Shown piece after piece: positions 37,996 through 50,242 of a stretch of DNA of 64,000 nt. Source of the DNA: Basidiobolus meristosporus CBS 931.73 (taxonomy: Eukaryota; Fungi; Basidiobolomycota); contig MCFE01000161.1 of NCBI GenBank assembly GCA_002104905.1, forward strand, positions 1-64,000, in the 5' to 3' direction. The notes below the pieces were generated by a model. It was not told the origin of the DNA. It made no database searches and worked only from the letters and a program-made list of their open reading frames with translations. Position numbers and translations under genes: made by a program. The first letter of the stretch is position 1; every line of letters begins with the position of its first letter.

Positions 37996-40900
37996 AATTG
38001 AAGCCTGAAGCTGATTCCTTATCAATTAGTACCAATAACTGATAAGGATAGCTAGTAAAGGATTGGCAAAAGATGCAGTCTATAGCTCTTAAAAGTGGGT
38101 ATGTACTAATGATCCTTCACACTGCTTTATCTTTTCTAAGCCTGAAATATTTATGGTAAACTTCATATATAAAATCTTTCTGATAATCTGTGAATATACT
38201 GCAGGTATTATAAAGGTACTTGGCTGGCATTCAGCTGGAATTTTCCTTCAAATTTATAGATGTAACAACATACCTGGAAAATAGCAGAGCTCAATACTGT
38301 GAGTCCTGTAGCTACACCTGAGTACTCTATTAACTTGGTAACCTAGAGCATAGTCCAAGATTCTCAGTGTTGCCAGAGTTCTGGGAGTTTTAGAAGTGAT
38401 TTGGAGGACAAGAAGAATAACATGATATTAACTTGTGGCTTAGTTGAGTTCAAGCAAAGTATTCACAGTTTGAGGGAAGCTACATAGCTCTTATGGGCTT
38501 TTGGACAAGTTCAAAGATATTTGTAACTTCCAGACCTTTACTAATTTGATCATCAACTTCTATTTTATCACTTATACACTATCTATAAAGAGGATCCTAC
38601 ACATTAACTTTTCTTATCTATAAAATATACTGAGCCACTTTATATTATTAATCATTTGCTAAAAAGCCATCTGATCAAGTTACTTGTTATTAATACCTTG
38701 ACTCCCAATCATATTTCTGATGAATCAGAATTTGCAATTCAATCACTTGGTGTTGATCAGTAAACTTCAACTCAAAAACTATAAATACAGAGCACTCAAC
38801 CTTTTGGTGTAGTGTGCTTCAGATACTAATCCCTCTAGTTTCTCTATTTAAGGCCAGCAACCCTAGAAACTCAAGAACACCAAGCATAGCCCATCTAGCA
38901 AATCTACTCATTTCATCTTAGCAGCAAATCCCTGCTACAATACAGTTCAGTATTAGTCCAGATTAACTCTGCTCATATTCCTTTGACAATTACAGCAACT
39001 CCAAGATTCTGCACTTAACTGTTCTTTGGTTCAGTGCACTTCCAATGCGGATCCAGATAAAAATTGGTGGTGTTGACGCTACGGCTCCTCTCTCCCATTA
39101 GAAGCAACTCACTGCAGCTCAAAACTGCGTTGTACTGCAATCACTTGGGCTCCACAGAAGATAGAAAGTGCAATCAACGTGTTGGCCTGATTTGAAGTTT
39201 TACATCAACGCTACCAATTTTGGCATTCTCACAGCTTCCCAAACGCTCCTATGTACAAGGACTTGGTGAATGTCACGCTGACATATACCTGGTACCGTAC
39301 TGCGATGTACAGACCGCCGTATTCTCTCAATCCCCGACAGCTGTGGCTCGCCAGTGGAAGAAACCGATGTATTAATTGGGGGAGTGCACTCGTGTAATGG
39401 TGTAAGACCGGGAGATAGGAAGCGTGTGAGTATTGTGTTACAAACAGTAACTGCAATCATGATGTATCTGTGGTACAGGGCATTCATAAGAGTTGGATTG
39501 GAGGGCTCCTGATAGCCAAGGTGCAAATAAGTCAACTCTTGGATTCCCAGTCGGTCAGTTCTCGTGAACGTTAGGTAAGCGAGGTCTGTAGAGGTGCAAT
39601 AAAACACTGAGATGATACAGCGAGTCATCGCGCAGCGGACACCATAATTGGCGAATCTACACTATGAATTCTAGTTCGTATGCAAAGTAACGGGGCATAT
39701 TTTTGAGCATCAACATTCGAATATCTGCACAGCAACAATCAGACATTGTTGAACAGGTTTGTATTATCATGTGCGTGTCTATCGTACAGGCAGCCAATTG
39801 TTTTGCACGGCATTGTGAGCTACATCATGATTCCAACCACCACTTGATCTCTAGATATTAAAGGAATCTGACCACATACAAATCCACGTAAGGCAGATTA
39901 GCTAATCTGAAGCACCCAAAGTTGTAAATTATCTGGCTATCGAAACCTGAAGATCCCATGGCCCAATTACAATGAGGCGTATTAATCTCAAAAAGTGCAG
40001 TCATTAAGCCTCAGGTTATACTCAAGGATGACGAATAGCTCGATAAGGGACAAGTTGAGGAGACTCTCCCTGCGTACTCTTTCGATCCCGGGTTGAGAAG
40101 TGAATGCTGGAACTATTCTGCGCCACAATCTCAAATGAATGGATGCTGTCACAACTTCCATCAACGCCGTTGAAAGCGTGCATTGACGTAAACCTTTGTG
40201 AAGGGATTGTCTGCGGGCATGTGCAAGCCCCGGGATGGCAGATCCGCGCAAAGCATACATCGAGTCCTGACCTTGCACCCAGGCGATTCTTACTAATGGG
40301 TCAAAGGGACAACCCTAACCAACCCTGCAAAGCCTTGCCGCCAACCAGAAACACCAGTGACGCAAATTGATCTTCAATCTATGCATCTCGGCCTCGTTTT
40401 GGTGAGCAATCAGAGACCACAAGCAGCAGACACTCGGCGTTAAACACTTTATCAGGCCAGATCAGCTGTGGCATGACCGCTCTGTGCAAAGGCCCGCTCA
40501 TAGATCTCTGATGTTATATCAAAAATAAGGCTAGACGATTTGCTAGGACTCGACCGATCTAACAGACGTGATTGCCAGATCAAAACCACACCACTTACCC
40601 TAAGCTTCTTACGTTTACACACCATGTTGATTGGAGATGTATGATTGAAAGTGTTGGCTGCGTTCCAGCACTCAAGAAAGGAAAAATTTTCGTTGGTCAC
40701 ATGGGCGTACATCCAGGGTTATTGGTTATCGGAATGTATGCACCCAATAGCACAGTATATACGTGAACAGATTGAACCTCAAACAGGTTCATTTCACACC
40801 TAGAGTGAGACTAAATTAATAGTCGAGGTTCGTGTACGATTGGCCACTTGGCGAGCCCGATATATTGTATTCCTCTATTACCAAGCACATTTGCCCGTCC

Positions 40901-41254
40901 ATTTCTTCAATCATACACCTCATAATGCGGGGTCTTCGGAAAGATTAGCTTTCCAGTAGTCATGCTGACAAATATGCTTATCACGAGAAACAATGTCTCT
41001 GTCGTATCCATGAGTAGGATTTCTTCGACTTGAATTCCATAGATTTGACTCAGCCAAAATACGTGACATAGTTATCCACGAATTCCTTGTGAATCGAACG
41101 TGAAACCTCGATCTATCCATAGGGATTTCAGCAAGACTGCGCGGGGTTAGCGAAAGCCGGTGCGCGGGGCTCCCAGGGTATGGTCGAAGCTACGAGCGTG
41201 TGCTACTCTGTTCATGGCGAGGGCAGACTCTACACTTGACCGACTCTCGTGAGC

Positions 41255-41632
41255 CTAGTCATGAAGCGGGTGCTTTTGACCTTCGGAGATGGATTGGCCT
41301 GTTAGCAATGGCGCATGAAAACCCCGCTGTTTAAAACATCCCTTGGTGATTTGACGGTAAAGATCTGCATTTGTACATTGGAGATCTACTAGCCGGAAAA
41401 GTACATGGGTTCGTTTGGGATTTGAAATAGGCCCAGTTGGGCATGATTTTGGATTTCCTAAACTATCGAATCTGACAAGGTACTTGCCATTCGAAACCTG
41501 AAAACCGTCACGAAATCTTCTTAAATCCGGCCTATTGTAGCTTAGTATAAATCCGTCGGCTACCAACCATTGGAAACCCACCATGGCTATCACTACAATT
41601 CTTTCCAACATGTGAGTCATTCTAAGCGGCAT
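41255..41632 (-). CDS. Possible small secreted Cys-containing protein (125 aa), unconfirmed
   Basis: ATG-started ORF with a hydrophobic leader (ERIVVIAMVGFQWLVADG) and 3 Cys. No recognised homology. Confidence 0.3.
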   Translation of the reverse strand: MPLRMTHMLERIVVIAMVGFQWLVADGFILSYNRPDLRRFRDGFQVSNGKYLVRFDSLGNPKSCPTGPISNPKRTHVLFRLVDLQCTNADLYRQITKGCFKQRGFHAPLLTGQSISEGQKHPLHD

Positions 41633-41811
41633 TAATCCTGAGTATGATCAGCCTGATACATTGTACACTGCTGATAGGGCAGTGCGACCCATACGCCAGC
41701 AGCGCAAAACTTTAAAACGAGCTTTAGGTACGGGGTGAAATGAAACTGTCTGTCTTTTGTTTTCAACAGTTGCTATCGTTTAGTGTTCCACTTTGCAATC
41801 CCTCATACAAC

Positions 41812-42901
41812 ATGGCCGGAAATCAACCCGGGGACAGCCCACCATTCTTTCAGAGAACCACAAGGGCTCATTCTTTGCCAGAATTTCCAGTTGCACTTAC
41901 GAGCTTTGAATTGGTTGATCTACTTGCACAATTTGCCACACAGCCCGAGCTATTAAAAATCATTCTTCAGTCTAAGCTACAAGAGGACAAACGCAAGGCC
42001 GAGGAGGCCCGGCTACGAGCCATGCAGATCGACTTGATGATTTGCGAGCAAAACAACCAGCCCTGCTTATGGCCTGAGACAGGCATGAAGAGGGAAAGAG
42101 ACGAGCTCTTCACCGAGCTCTTTCTAAACATGGGCAAGAATCAAAGACCACGAGTTGATTCAAGCCCATTTGATGTAATGACCTGTTCGCTCAACCCCGA
42201 CTTCGATGACCCCAACTACTATCCAAACTATCCCAGTACTCTAACGCCCAACGGGAGGTTAGTACTTTCCATGTGCACTCAACAAAGTATTGTCTAACGA
42301 TATATTGATCTGGTAGTGACACTTCATCACCACAAACTGTTGTCAGCTCCACAGACAACGATCGTTTTCTGTCACAGACTATGGTGGATTCCCCGCCCGT
42401 TTTGCCAGTGTTCCCGAGTCTGCTTTCGCAGCCCGCTTCCATTGCACCTGCGCCATCTATACCTGGATTCGTACCTCTCTCCAGCCCAATAGATTCTATC
42501 AGCCCTTCGCTTTCCTCCAGGATAAACAATACATCCACTGTTCATCCCATACGTACTAAGCCCGATAAGAAGAAGCGTAATCGTAAGGCAATGCTGCCAA
42601 TATCCATGATTGTTGAGACCAAGGAATTCCCTTACCAAGATAGCTTTGTTTGGTTAAACAATGGGAATACGATCCAAAAGAAAACCGGATTGCGGTAAGC
42701 TTATTTTTGGCGAAGCATTATGTCAGCAACGGACAACTAACGACCAATCCTAGGTCCACATATTACAAATGTGCGAACTGGCACAGAGGTTGCTCCGTCA
42801 ATAAGACCGTGAGCAGCCAAGGGGAAGGAACATATTTAATTAAATATAGAGGTGATCATCTTGCCGAGTGTGGTGTAGCTACCGCCAAAGTGGTCTCATA
42901 A
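41812..42901 (+). CDS. Fungal-type WRKY-domain transcription factor (WLNNGNT; C-X6-C...H-X3-C zinc finger), 323 aa
   Basis: Exons 41812-42257, 42317-42694 and 42754-42901 (972 nt, in frame). C-terminal domain DSFVWLNNGNTIQKKTGLR|STYYKCANWHRGCSVNKTV...YLIKYRGDHLAEC parallels WRKY DGY.WRKYGQK...RSYYKC...C...K.V...Y.G.H. N-terminal coiled-coil ELLKIILQSKLQEDKRKAEEARLRA. Confidence 0.88.
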
Positions 42902-44028
42902 ATTGGTTGAAATAATGTTTTCTTTACAATGTAAATCTTTGTCATTACGTTCTTGTCCCGGTGGTTGCCACTGTATCATCATGTATCTTCTCCCATGTAA
43001 ACATTTTTTGCTTTTATTTTTCCTCCACATGACTTCTCCTTATTCTAGACATATTCATACAAATCTACTGTGAAGTTTTGGTGCTTTGCTTAGAAGTTGC
43101 CATCACTTGGTCAAGACTGGATTCTCAACTAGCCAATACCTAAAATCCATTTTTAAGGACTAATTAAACATTGGTAGCCCAGACATAAATATGATAATCG
43201 CGGTAATGGAATAGCAATGGTCGCATCAGCATATGGCAAGTCAATCTTGGTGGTTTGGATTTTGATACATTTGAATGCTGAACCATTGTGTCTGGGCCAC
43301 GTAAGATACATATATACCTGCCTTTCATGCCTCAAAGGCCCCGCGCATTCTGAGATTTCTAGATGTGTGCTAGAGAATAGAAAATGCAATATTATTTGAA
43401 GTCCCCCCGGAAATGTCAGAGTTTGTTCTGCTACTGGTAGCTTGGATGATTTATCAAGCTACCCGGGAGAGTGCTTTTTCAGAAGCGATTTATACAATTG
43501 ACCACCTGGCAATATCGTTAGAACAGCGGCTGAGGCTCTGCTGCTTCTTCGGAACATCGGGAAAACTCGGTGGTTGTGAACCGAGTCTTGTCTCTTACGC
43601 ATCCTCAGCAAAACATTATCATCTGGTTCAGACCGAAGCAGGTTGGTTTGGGAAACAGGCAAGTGGTAGTGAACGTCGGGAAGTGTTTGAAAATAGCCTT
43701 GTATGCCTTGAGCAGTGTCTAAAATTGGTTGGGACTTCTCTGTCTGACCGCAAAGCGTTGTCAGATAAACTTAATTTCTAACTAATACCAACCATGGAGA
43801 CATAATAAATGCATAGCCATTGCTAAAATAAATAGATCTTGGGCTATTTCTAGGTTCCAATGATTAGCAAATTCTTTGAACAAGCATTGGTTCTCCGCAT
43901 TGGATGCATCTATATATATCTGATATCACAGGCCACTCACTAGTGTTGGAGAGGAATAAACAATTGAGCTATGATGGTCTTTATTGTTGAATGGTAACTG
44001 TATGTGTAAAGCTTGAAGATACAAAGGG

Positions 44029-45803
44029 TTATTCATTTGGGGTGATGTTTTTATGCTTCAACCTAGCAAGCATCATGCGAGCTTTACGCAATCGATCCAT
44101 CTTCAGTTGATCATTATCCTGTTCAATGTCTATAGGCAATGAAAGTGAATAAGCCACATGGTTCGCAACCTAGCATTGATCTGCCATAATACTTACAAAA
44201 TCCATGATCCTCCTCTTCACCAGAAAGAGCCTTGATCTCGACTTGATCGAGCATTTCTTCGGCGTTGATCTCGGCTGAGCTTTCCCGCTTCTTACGAGAA
44301 GGTGGGGGCACAAGAGAAGCAGTGTCAATTCCATGCTTTCTGCTTGCATTTCCGCCCAAGTCACGTATTTTCTCTTGATAATACGCGTGGTATTCATGTC
44401 GAGGTAGCAGAAACCCGAACTTTGGATCATTTCGTCTATTTGCTTTCACCTTCTCCTCTAGCGACGGGCCGTTTCTCGTGACGAAATCCGCCATCTTATC
44501 AATGATGTTTCTCATCTCTGGTGGTGGGATTCTGGCGCATTGACTTTAGCTCAGCCCTAGATTGGAGGAAATGGGAGGTGGCTTACTTGGGAGTAGTAGA
44601 ATGTTTCACTGGAATCGCGGGGGTCTCTTCTTCACTTTCTTCCTCGTTGGAGTAATCGTATAGCCCTGTTTGGACTAACCATCGAACGTGTCGATAAAAT
44701 GCGTGAAGTGGATCGTCCTTGTTAAGGAAACAAAAATCAGGATTGTGAGACTGCTTGGCTTGAATGATTATCTCCATTTTAGGTTCCTTCGTATTCAGGA
44801 ATTTTGCAGTACGTTCAATGATTTCTACTTGTCGCTTGTCGGAGGGCTGAGTTTAACCAGTGATGGGGTAAATAACTGAACAGGTGCGTGGGTGGGGGTA
44901 CCGAGGATTACCAGAATCATTCCATCTGGGACTTGAAATTTGAAATCCACGGGCTTCACTTGCTGTTGAGGCTTAGGTCCATCATAGACATAGGCATATT
45001 CTTTTTGAGCAGCCTGCATTTTGCGCCGTTTCTTTTTCTCCTCTATATGCATGTTAATTTCTTCTTTTGAGAACAAAGTAGAGAATAACAAGTAAATTAC
45101 CAATATATGTGTTGCGTTCATCTTCCGACATATCATACAGCGCTTCCTCTTCCGAATCGAGGTCCTGGTATCGACGAGCGTTCCATTCCTTCTCTTTCGT
45201 TAAGCTACCTGGGCTAGTTTGCGCGGAGCTTTTCGAAGTGTTCTCGAATCTCTCATACTCATCCAATAAGTTTCGAACATCATATCTAGAGTATGAAATG
45301 AATAGATTTCAATAATGTGTTCAGTTCACAAGAGATAATTAAGAGAGCGGGCGAGATTCTATGTTGGGCCTCGGGTACACCAACAGTCAGGCGAATGGAC
45401 AAATTCGGTTAACCAGATTAAAGAAGGGATCCTCTAGATCCCAATAAAAACACAAAACAATCCTCATCACTCTTGTAACAGAGCTCAGAAGATGCCAAAA
45501 GAAGTTCCACTTCTTCACGCCTTGAGGGGAGCCAGGCTTAAAGGCGTAAACAATAGTAACCATTTCCCTTAGGCCATACCTATCTAACAGTAGATTTTTT
45601 TTTGTATCGTTGCGCCATTGTATTAGCCGATTTCCGGACTCGATATCAAGTGCAGTAGCCTCATCGTGAACGATCTTGGCCGTATATCCAAACACTAGAA
45701 ACTCCTCTTGCTTCGGCTTCACTGGATTCCTACGACGTCTTCGCAATGGGCCACGTTCTTCTGAGCACTTTGGCTCAGGTAGAAGGGTTTCACTAAAAAA
45801 CAT
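44029..45803 (-). CDS. SFSWAP-like splicing regulator (DRY_EERY domain plus two SURP/SWAP domains)
   Basis: FLVFGY...LIQW...LLLDR|YDVRNLL (DRY_EERY). SURP motifs MEIIIQAKQSHNPDFCFLNKDDPLHAFY and IIDKMADFVTRNGPSLE...KFGFLLPRHEYHAYY. Last exon ..DRLRKARMMLARLK.. stops at 44029. Confidence 0.9.
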
Positions 45804-46131
45804 GATATGACAGCAAAGGAAGGGATATCCTCAACGGTCAATTCAATAACGCCTAATCCAATCTCGATTTATCAATTTTTCTAGTGTAGTATCCAGCTCA
45901 TTTCAACATAATCGATTGCGCATGAATGCTGAATGTTGCTGACTATTGCATGTTGTTTTAACCAAACCGTTACTCAAATCACCAAGTAGTATGTAGCATT
46001 TTATTCATTTCAATTCTGGGGAAGAATATTCACAAGCATGGCAGGTGCTGGTATAGATATCGCCAGGGAATGTAAGACGAACGGAGGATAATACAATCGA
46101 AGCCAAGCCTAAAATCTTTCACTGATCCACT

Positions 46132-46491
46132 CTATAGTAACAGTCCCTCTTCTTCGTTTTGCGTACTTGGAGTATCCACCTGCATAGCATTGTCCGAGGT
46201 ATTTTCAGGCTTAGGGAACACATGGTCTATGATTTCTCTTGGAAGCTGTCGCTCCAACATCACCTTGTGTATAACTTGAAGACGATCTTTCTGTTTGATC
46301 ATCAATTCTTTGTTCTCCTCGATTGCCTCAAGAAAATCTGAGTCCTGGTCGTTGAATGCTAACATCTCCTGAATGCTACGATCTAGATGCTCCAAGGAGT
46401 TTCTTAGGCGATTCACCTCAGGGATTAGTGCGTCATCGGCCAAAGTGCGAACTGCCTTCTGATAGTCATCAAGGGAAATGCTGGTGTTCAT
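46132..46491 (-). CDS. TMA17: Tma17/Adc17-like protein (proteasome assembly / translation-machinery-associated)
   Basis: Pattern ISLDDYQKAVRTL.D..L..E..RL.NSL.HL.RS...M.....D.DF.EAI.EN......Q..R and acidic C-terminus EEGLLL resemble the yeast Tma17 family; recalled, not searched. Confidence 0.7.
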   Translation of the reverse strand: MNTSISLDDYQKAVRTLADDALIPEVNRLRNSLEHLDRSIQEMLAFNDQDSDFLEAIEENKELMIKQKDRLQVIHKVMLERQLPREIIDHVFPKPENTSDNAMQVDTPSTQNEEEGLLL

Positions 46492-46765
46492 GGTGTTGGG
46501 TTAATCACAGCGATGAAGGATAGATGCCTTAGTTTAACAGAATGTAAGAAATTGGTCTAAAATGGAGGCCACATTAGATCAAGTGTTTCGCAGCCATTCA
46601 TTCAATGATGAATCATGTTGGGAAGTCATGATCAACATGATCATGGCTGCGTTGAATCCAAATTATCTTGATTCTTCGGGAGAGAAAATTTCCTCAATAT
46701 GGCAGAGTAAAGCTCCAAATTTTGGACCACTTTCCTTCCAATTAACACAGCATAGAACCGGCAAC

Positions 46766-47270
46766 ATGAGTCAACATGCACCTGACGCTAACCCCAATTC
46801 CAATAAGGAATATGTGGACAATTTCATTACTGAACTGAAGGGGAGCATGGACGAATATTTGGAAGAGAACCAACCTAAGCAGCCCACCAAAGAATCCCGC
46901 ACAGCCAAGCTCTCTTTACCTGACTATGCACTGCACGACGTTAGAAAAGAGATATCGAATGCAGCACTCGAAAACTGTGCTGATCTTGAATGGGATATGC
47001 AGTCCTGTTTGAAAAATGGTTCTTGGTTAGATAAGTTCGTACAATGTAGCCAGCAGAGTGAGGCATTCTGGAACTGCATTCGTCAACAAAAGGTATCGCC
47101 TCAAAAAAAAAACAACAGTCAAACCGTCGAAAACCAGACTAACATACTTTGCCCCTCCTTAGGACAAACTCAAAGAGCTTGGGTACATGAATATGGGTAA
47201 CACCGACAAGTTGAACCAAGAAATCCAGGACCGAGCATTTCTTACTATCGACTCCGAAGTGAAAGAATAA
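46766..47270 (+). CDS. Small twin-CX9C (CHCH-like) protein, probable mitochondrial intermembrane-space protein
   Basis: Exons 46766-47092 and 47163-47270 (144 aa). Motifs C-ADLEWDMQS-C and C-SQQSEAFWN-C, each exactly CX9C, followed by LKELGY. Confidence 0.8.
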
Positions 47271-47526
47271 GCATATTTTGTTAATTCTCCGTACAATTTT
47301 CGTATTCCTCCATTTTGGTCAAGCACCCTTGATAGCACGTATTGTGGCGATAAGTCAAAGTACTGTTGAAACAAACAATAAACCATTCCATGAAAGCACA
47401 CTATCCCAGGGATCAAGTTCAAGGTCTATCGTATGAAGTAATATCACTGAATTGTCCGTAAAGCAAACTAAGCATCTGAAGCTTTATGTAAGTGTATGCA
47501 AGTGGTCAAAACAACACCACATTAGT

Positions 47527-48494
47527 CTAGAAACTCTGAACTTGCCACAATGCTGACGAACAAATGGGATGAAATATATCATGGGATTGATGCATAGAGA
47601 TCTGTACATTTACACTAGAGTTAAGATTGAATGTCAAGAGAAACAAGTCACGAAAACGTTGGATACGAAATTCTTTTGGGTGTTCCAAGCGGATGCTTGC
47701 GAGATCGGGTGAATCTGATCTACGGACCAAACACAAACAGCTTTGTGACTTCGAGTTCTTGTTTGTACCGATAAGTGACGTAGAGCGAATAAAACAACAG
47801 GAAAACCTAAGAGTAAATTAGTCCCCGCTTCATTACCAAGGGGCGGTTGTGGAAGGGTACCATAAAGATGTTTCCGCCCGCATTTCTCCAGAGCCAAGTT
47901 CTGCTAAAAAATGCCACCAAGAATATGGCCATGTGTGCTAATATAACAAGAGCAGTGGCGTACAAGTATGCTTTTAGTAGACTCGTGATCCGCTATACTC
48001 CTCGAATTAGCGTGTGTAGGATGGGTGACGAAAAATTTACAGGCAACCTCACCTTCAGAACACCTATGATCGCCATAATACCAGCCGCAATGCTAACAAT
48101 ATGAACAGCCAAGACTACCCAGAGAATACTCCTAACAGAGTTGGACTCTACAATCACCCCAAGGGTAATGGGGGTGGTATTGATGTCAAAAAGAAGAAAT
48201 ATAGTTACAACGCTCAACACTGCACTAACGAGCTGATCCGGAAGTCAGTGGCATGATTGAAGAACAAAAATGAAGAGGGCTTACAGTTTGCATGAAAATC
48301 AGTAGCAAGCATCCGATGTCTAGTTTGAAGCAGTAGCAGCAGGTCTCCGTAGTTTGTAGCTTATACATTTCACTTGAAATTGGTGGAAGAGGAAACGTAT
48401 CTAAGGCACATGTTACCCATCTTGGCATTTTTATGTTGTTCTTCCGCGACAACTCAGCCCTGGCCGATTTGGTCCTCAGCTTACTCAAGCCCAT
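47527..48494 (-). CDS. Four-pass membrane protein (LAPTM-like tetraspan architecture)
   Basis: Spliced product TCCYCFKLDIGCLLLIFMQT|LVSAV...IIGVLK|RITSLLKAYLY...GGNIFM|VFLLFYSLYVTYRYKQ, giving four hydrophobic segments after a CC.CF.L..G motif. The 3' end and exact start codon are uncertain. Confidence 0.7.
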
Positions 48495-50242
48495 CCACCT
48501 TAAACCTCATCGTAGAATAATTTCGTGCGCCAATCGTTTACCTAACAAATTTCGAGGCTGGCCAATCCAAAATATTATCTGACTTCTGTTGTTAGCTCTC
48601 CTTCACATAGTCTAAGGGAGCTGTTTGATCGGAATCCCTTCATCTAAGCCCTTTCTGAAAATTTGATGGAAGCTAATGAGATAATAATACATGATCCAAT
48701 GACCTTGCTACCTAAATAATCTCTTTGGTCACCCGTTCTGATCAAAAGCCTTCAGTTCTCAGCTCTGCCGTAGGTTCAAGCCAATCATCCAATACCTGCA
48801 GTATTAAGCTTAGCGTGGTTAAACTTGAGTTATATCGTTGATTTTGTTTGGGATCTAGCCTTTTCCCGCTCTAGCCGCTATGTAGATTTCACTAGATCGA
48901 TGGCAACCCTGCAAACCCCTCAAGTCTATACCTCTTATCCTGGTGCTCCGCTGGCTAATGAGCGGGAAGCTACATACAGTTACCATATTAGCTAATGCTC
49001 AGTTGCGGTGAGACTGGCCTTGTCAACTCGGAGTCAGCTAAACAAACTCCTCTTTCAGAAATGGGTTAAATTCTCACCCTTTGTGGGGCATGAAATAGGA
49101 GCAGTGTGACGTATTTTGGCAGTTGGTGTGGTCTGGGAAATTCCTTCCTGTTCGTCAGTATTCAAACACCTAAAAGGTCCACGACGACACCCCCAAAAGG
49201 AAAACCCTGGTGAAGTCGACAACTGTACCAGTATCAGGCTACATGCATGCTATTGGAAGTGGAGATCCTCATCAGATCTCACTTATACAGCCCAATAAAG
49301 TTCATATTCCCGCAGTCCCCTGAAATTACAAGTAGGAAGCTGAATGGACTAAATGGAGGAATGTTTGCGCGTTGTTGCCAATAGTACAAGTTGGTAGAGA
49401 ACCTGATCCCTTCATAATGGCAGGCCTATTGATGATATCTCCTCTTCGGCTATATTCCATCGTCAAAGTGCATAGTACCTGACATTCCATAGATGTACGC
49501 TTCTATCAGTAGATATTGAATAAGCATTGTTGCCATGCACCTGATTGACTTGCCAACCATTCCTGATCATCAACATTATTTCAAGTGATGCCAGAAGTCC
49601 TTGGAGAGGATCGTTGGTAATATTGTTCCTTGCTGTTTCCGTAGTTTCAGTCACGCCACTCGCATGACGGTGATCATTGTTGAATACCTCTCTTTCTGTG
49701 CTAATGCGCTGGTATTTCTACGAGCCAGGCTGCCTATCCTATTTTTAGGCGCCTGTCGCCAATATAACTCAATCATATAAGTTGGAAATGGATAGATTCG
49801 AATGCTACTGCAAATGGTTGAGAATAGGTAGAGCAATTGGAAAGCTACATCTAGTGCAGTGATTTATATTTCCGAGCTGTTAATGTATCCGATCCCTGTA
49901 TCCATGGAGTGCTGGCTTTCTGTGAGCCAATATCAGTCATTTTTATCTCGGATACAGTAAACAGCTCAGACTCCATTCGGTGCCGATGTGGGGGGAGGGG
50001 ATTTGAAAGAGGGATACAGCGAGTGACATCCATCCAAAGAAGAATACAAAACCACTTAGATGTAGGTCAGATTGCTATTAGATGGTTATGGCAATACTGC
50101 AGTTCGTGCAGAAGAATCTTCTCTGCAAAGCTCCAGTCCGATAATCCCCAGTGCGCTCCAATTAGCTATAAAAGCCAGATGAACTTGAGACGGCATTAGA
50201 TACATCTCATTTTAGCTTTCCCCTTTTCTCCTTTTCTCCACC

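Larger units (their letters stand above)
27200..38540. mobile_element. Nested Ty1/copia LTR-retrotransposon cluster
   Basis: At least 10 recognisable copies or fragments of one ~350-bp LTR family in both orientations, interleaved with gag, integrase, RT and RNase H fragments. AT-rich and visibly CpG-poor. Confidence 0.95.

Noticed and set aside
27200-38540. Recurring ~350-bp repeats as a CRISPR-like or tandem array
   Set aside because: They are LTRs with TG...CA ends, PBS/PPT and TSDs, irregularly spaced and in a eukaryotic context.
41125-41200. GC-rich segment with a GCGAAAGC tetraloop as a ribozyme or SRP RNA
   Set aside because: No hammerhead (CTGATGA) or SRP domain IV consensus; only a 2-3 bp stem.
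43413-43781. 122-aa plus-strand ORF and an overlapping open minus frame downstream of SFSWAP
   Set aside because: No homology, no motif and no splice link. SFSWAP already terminates at 44029.
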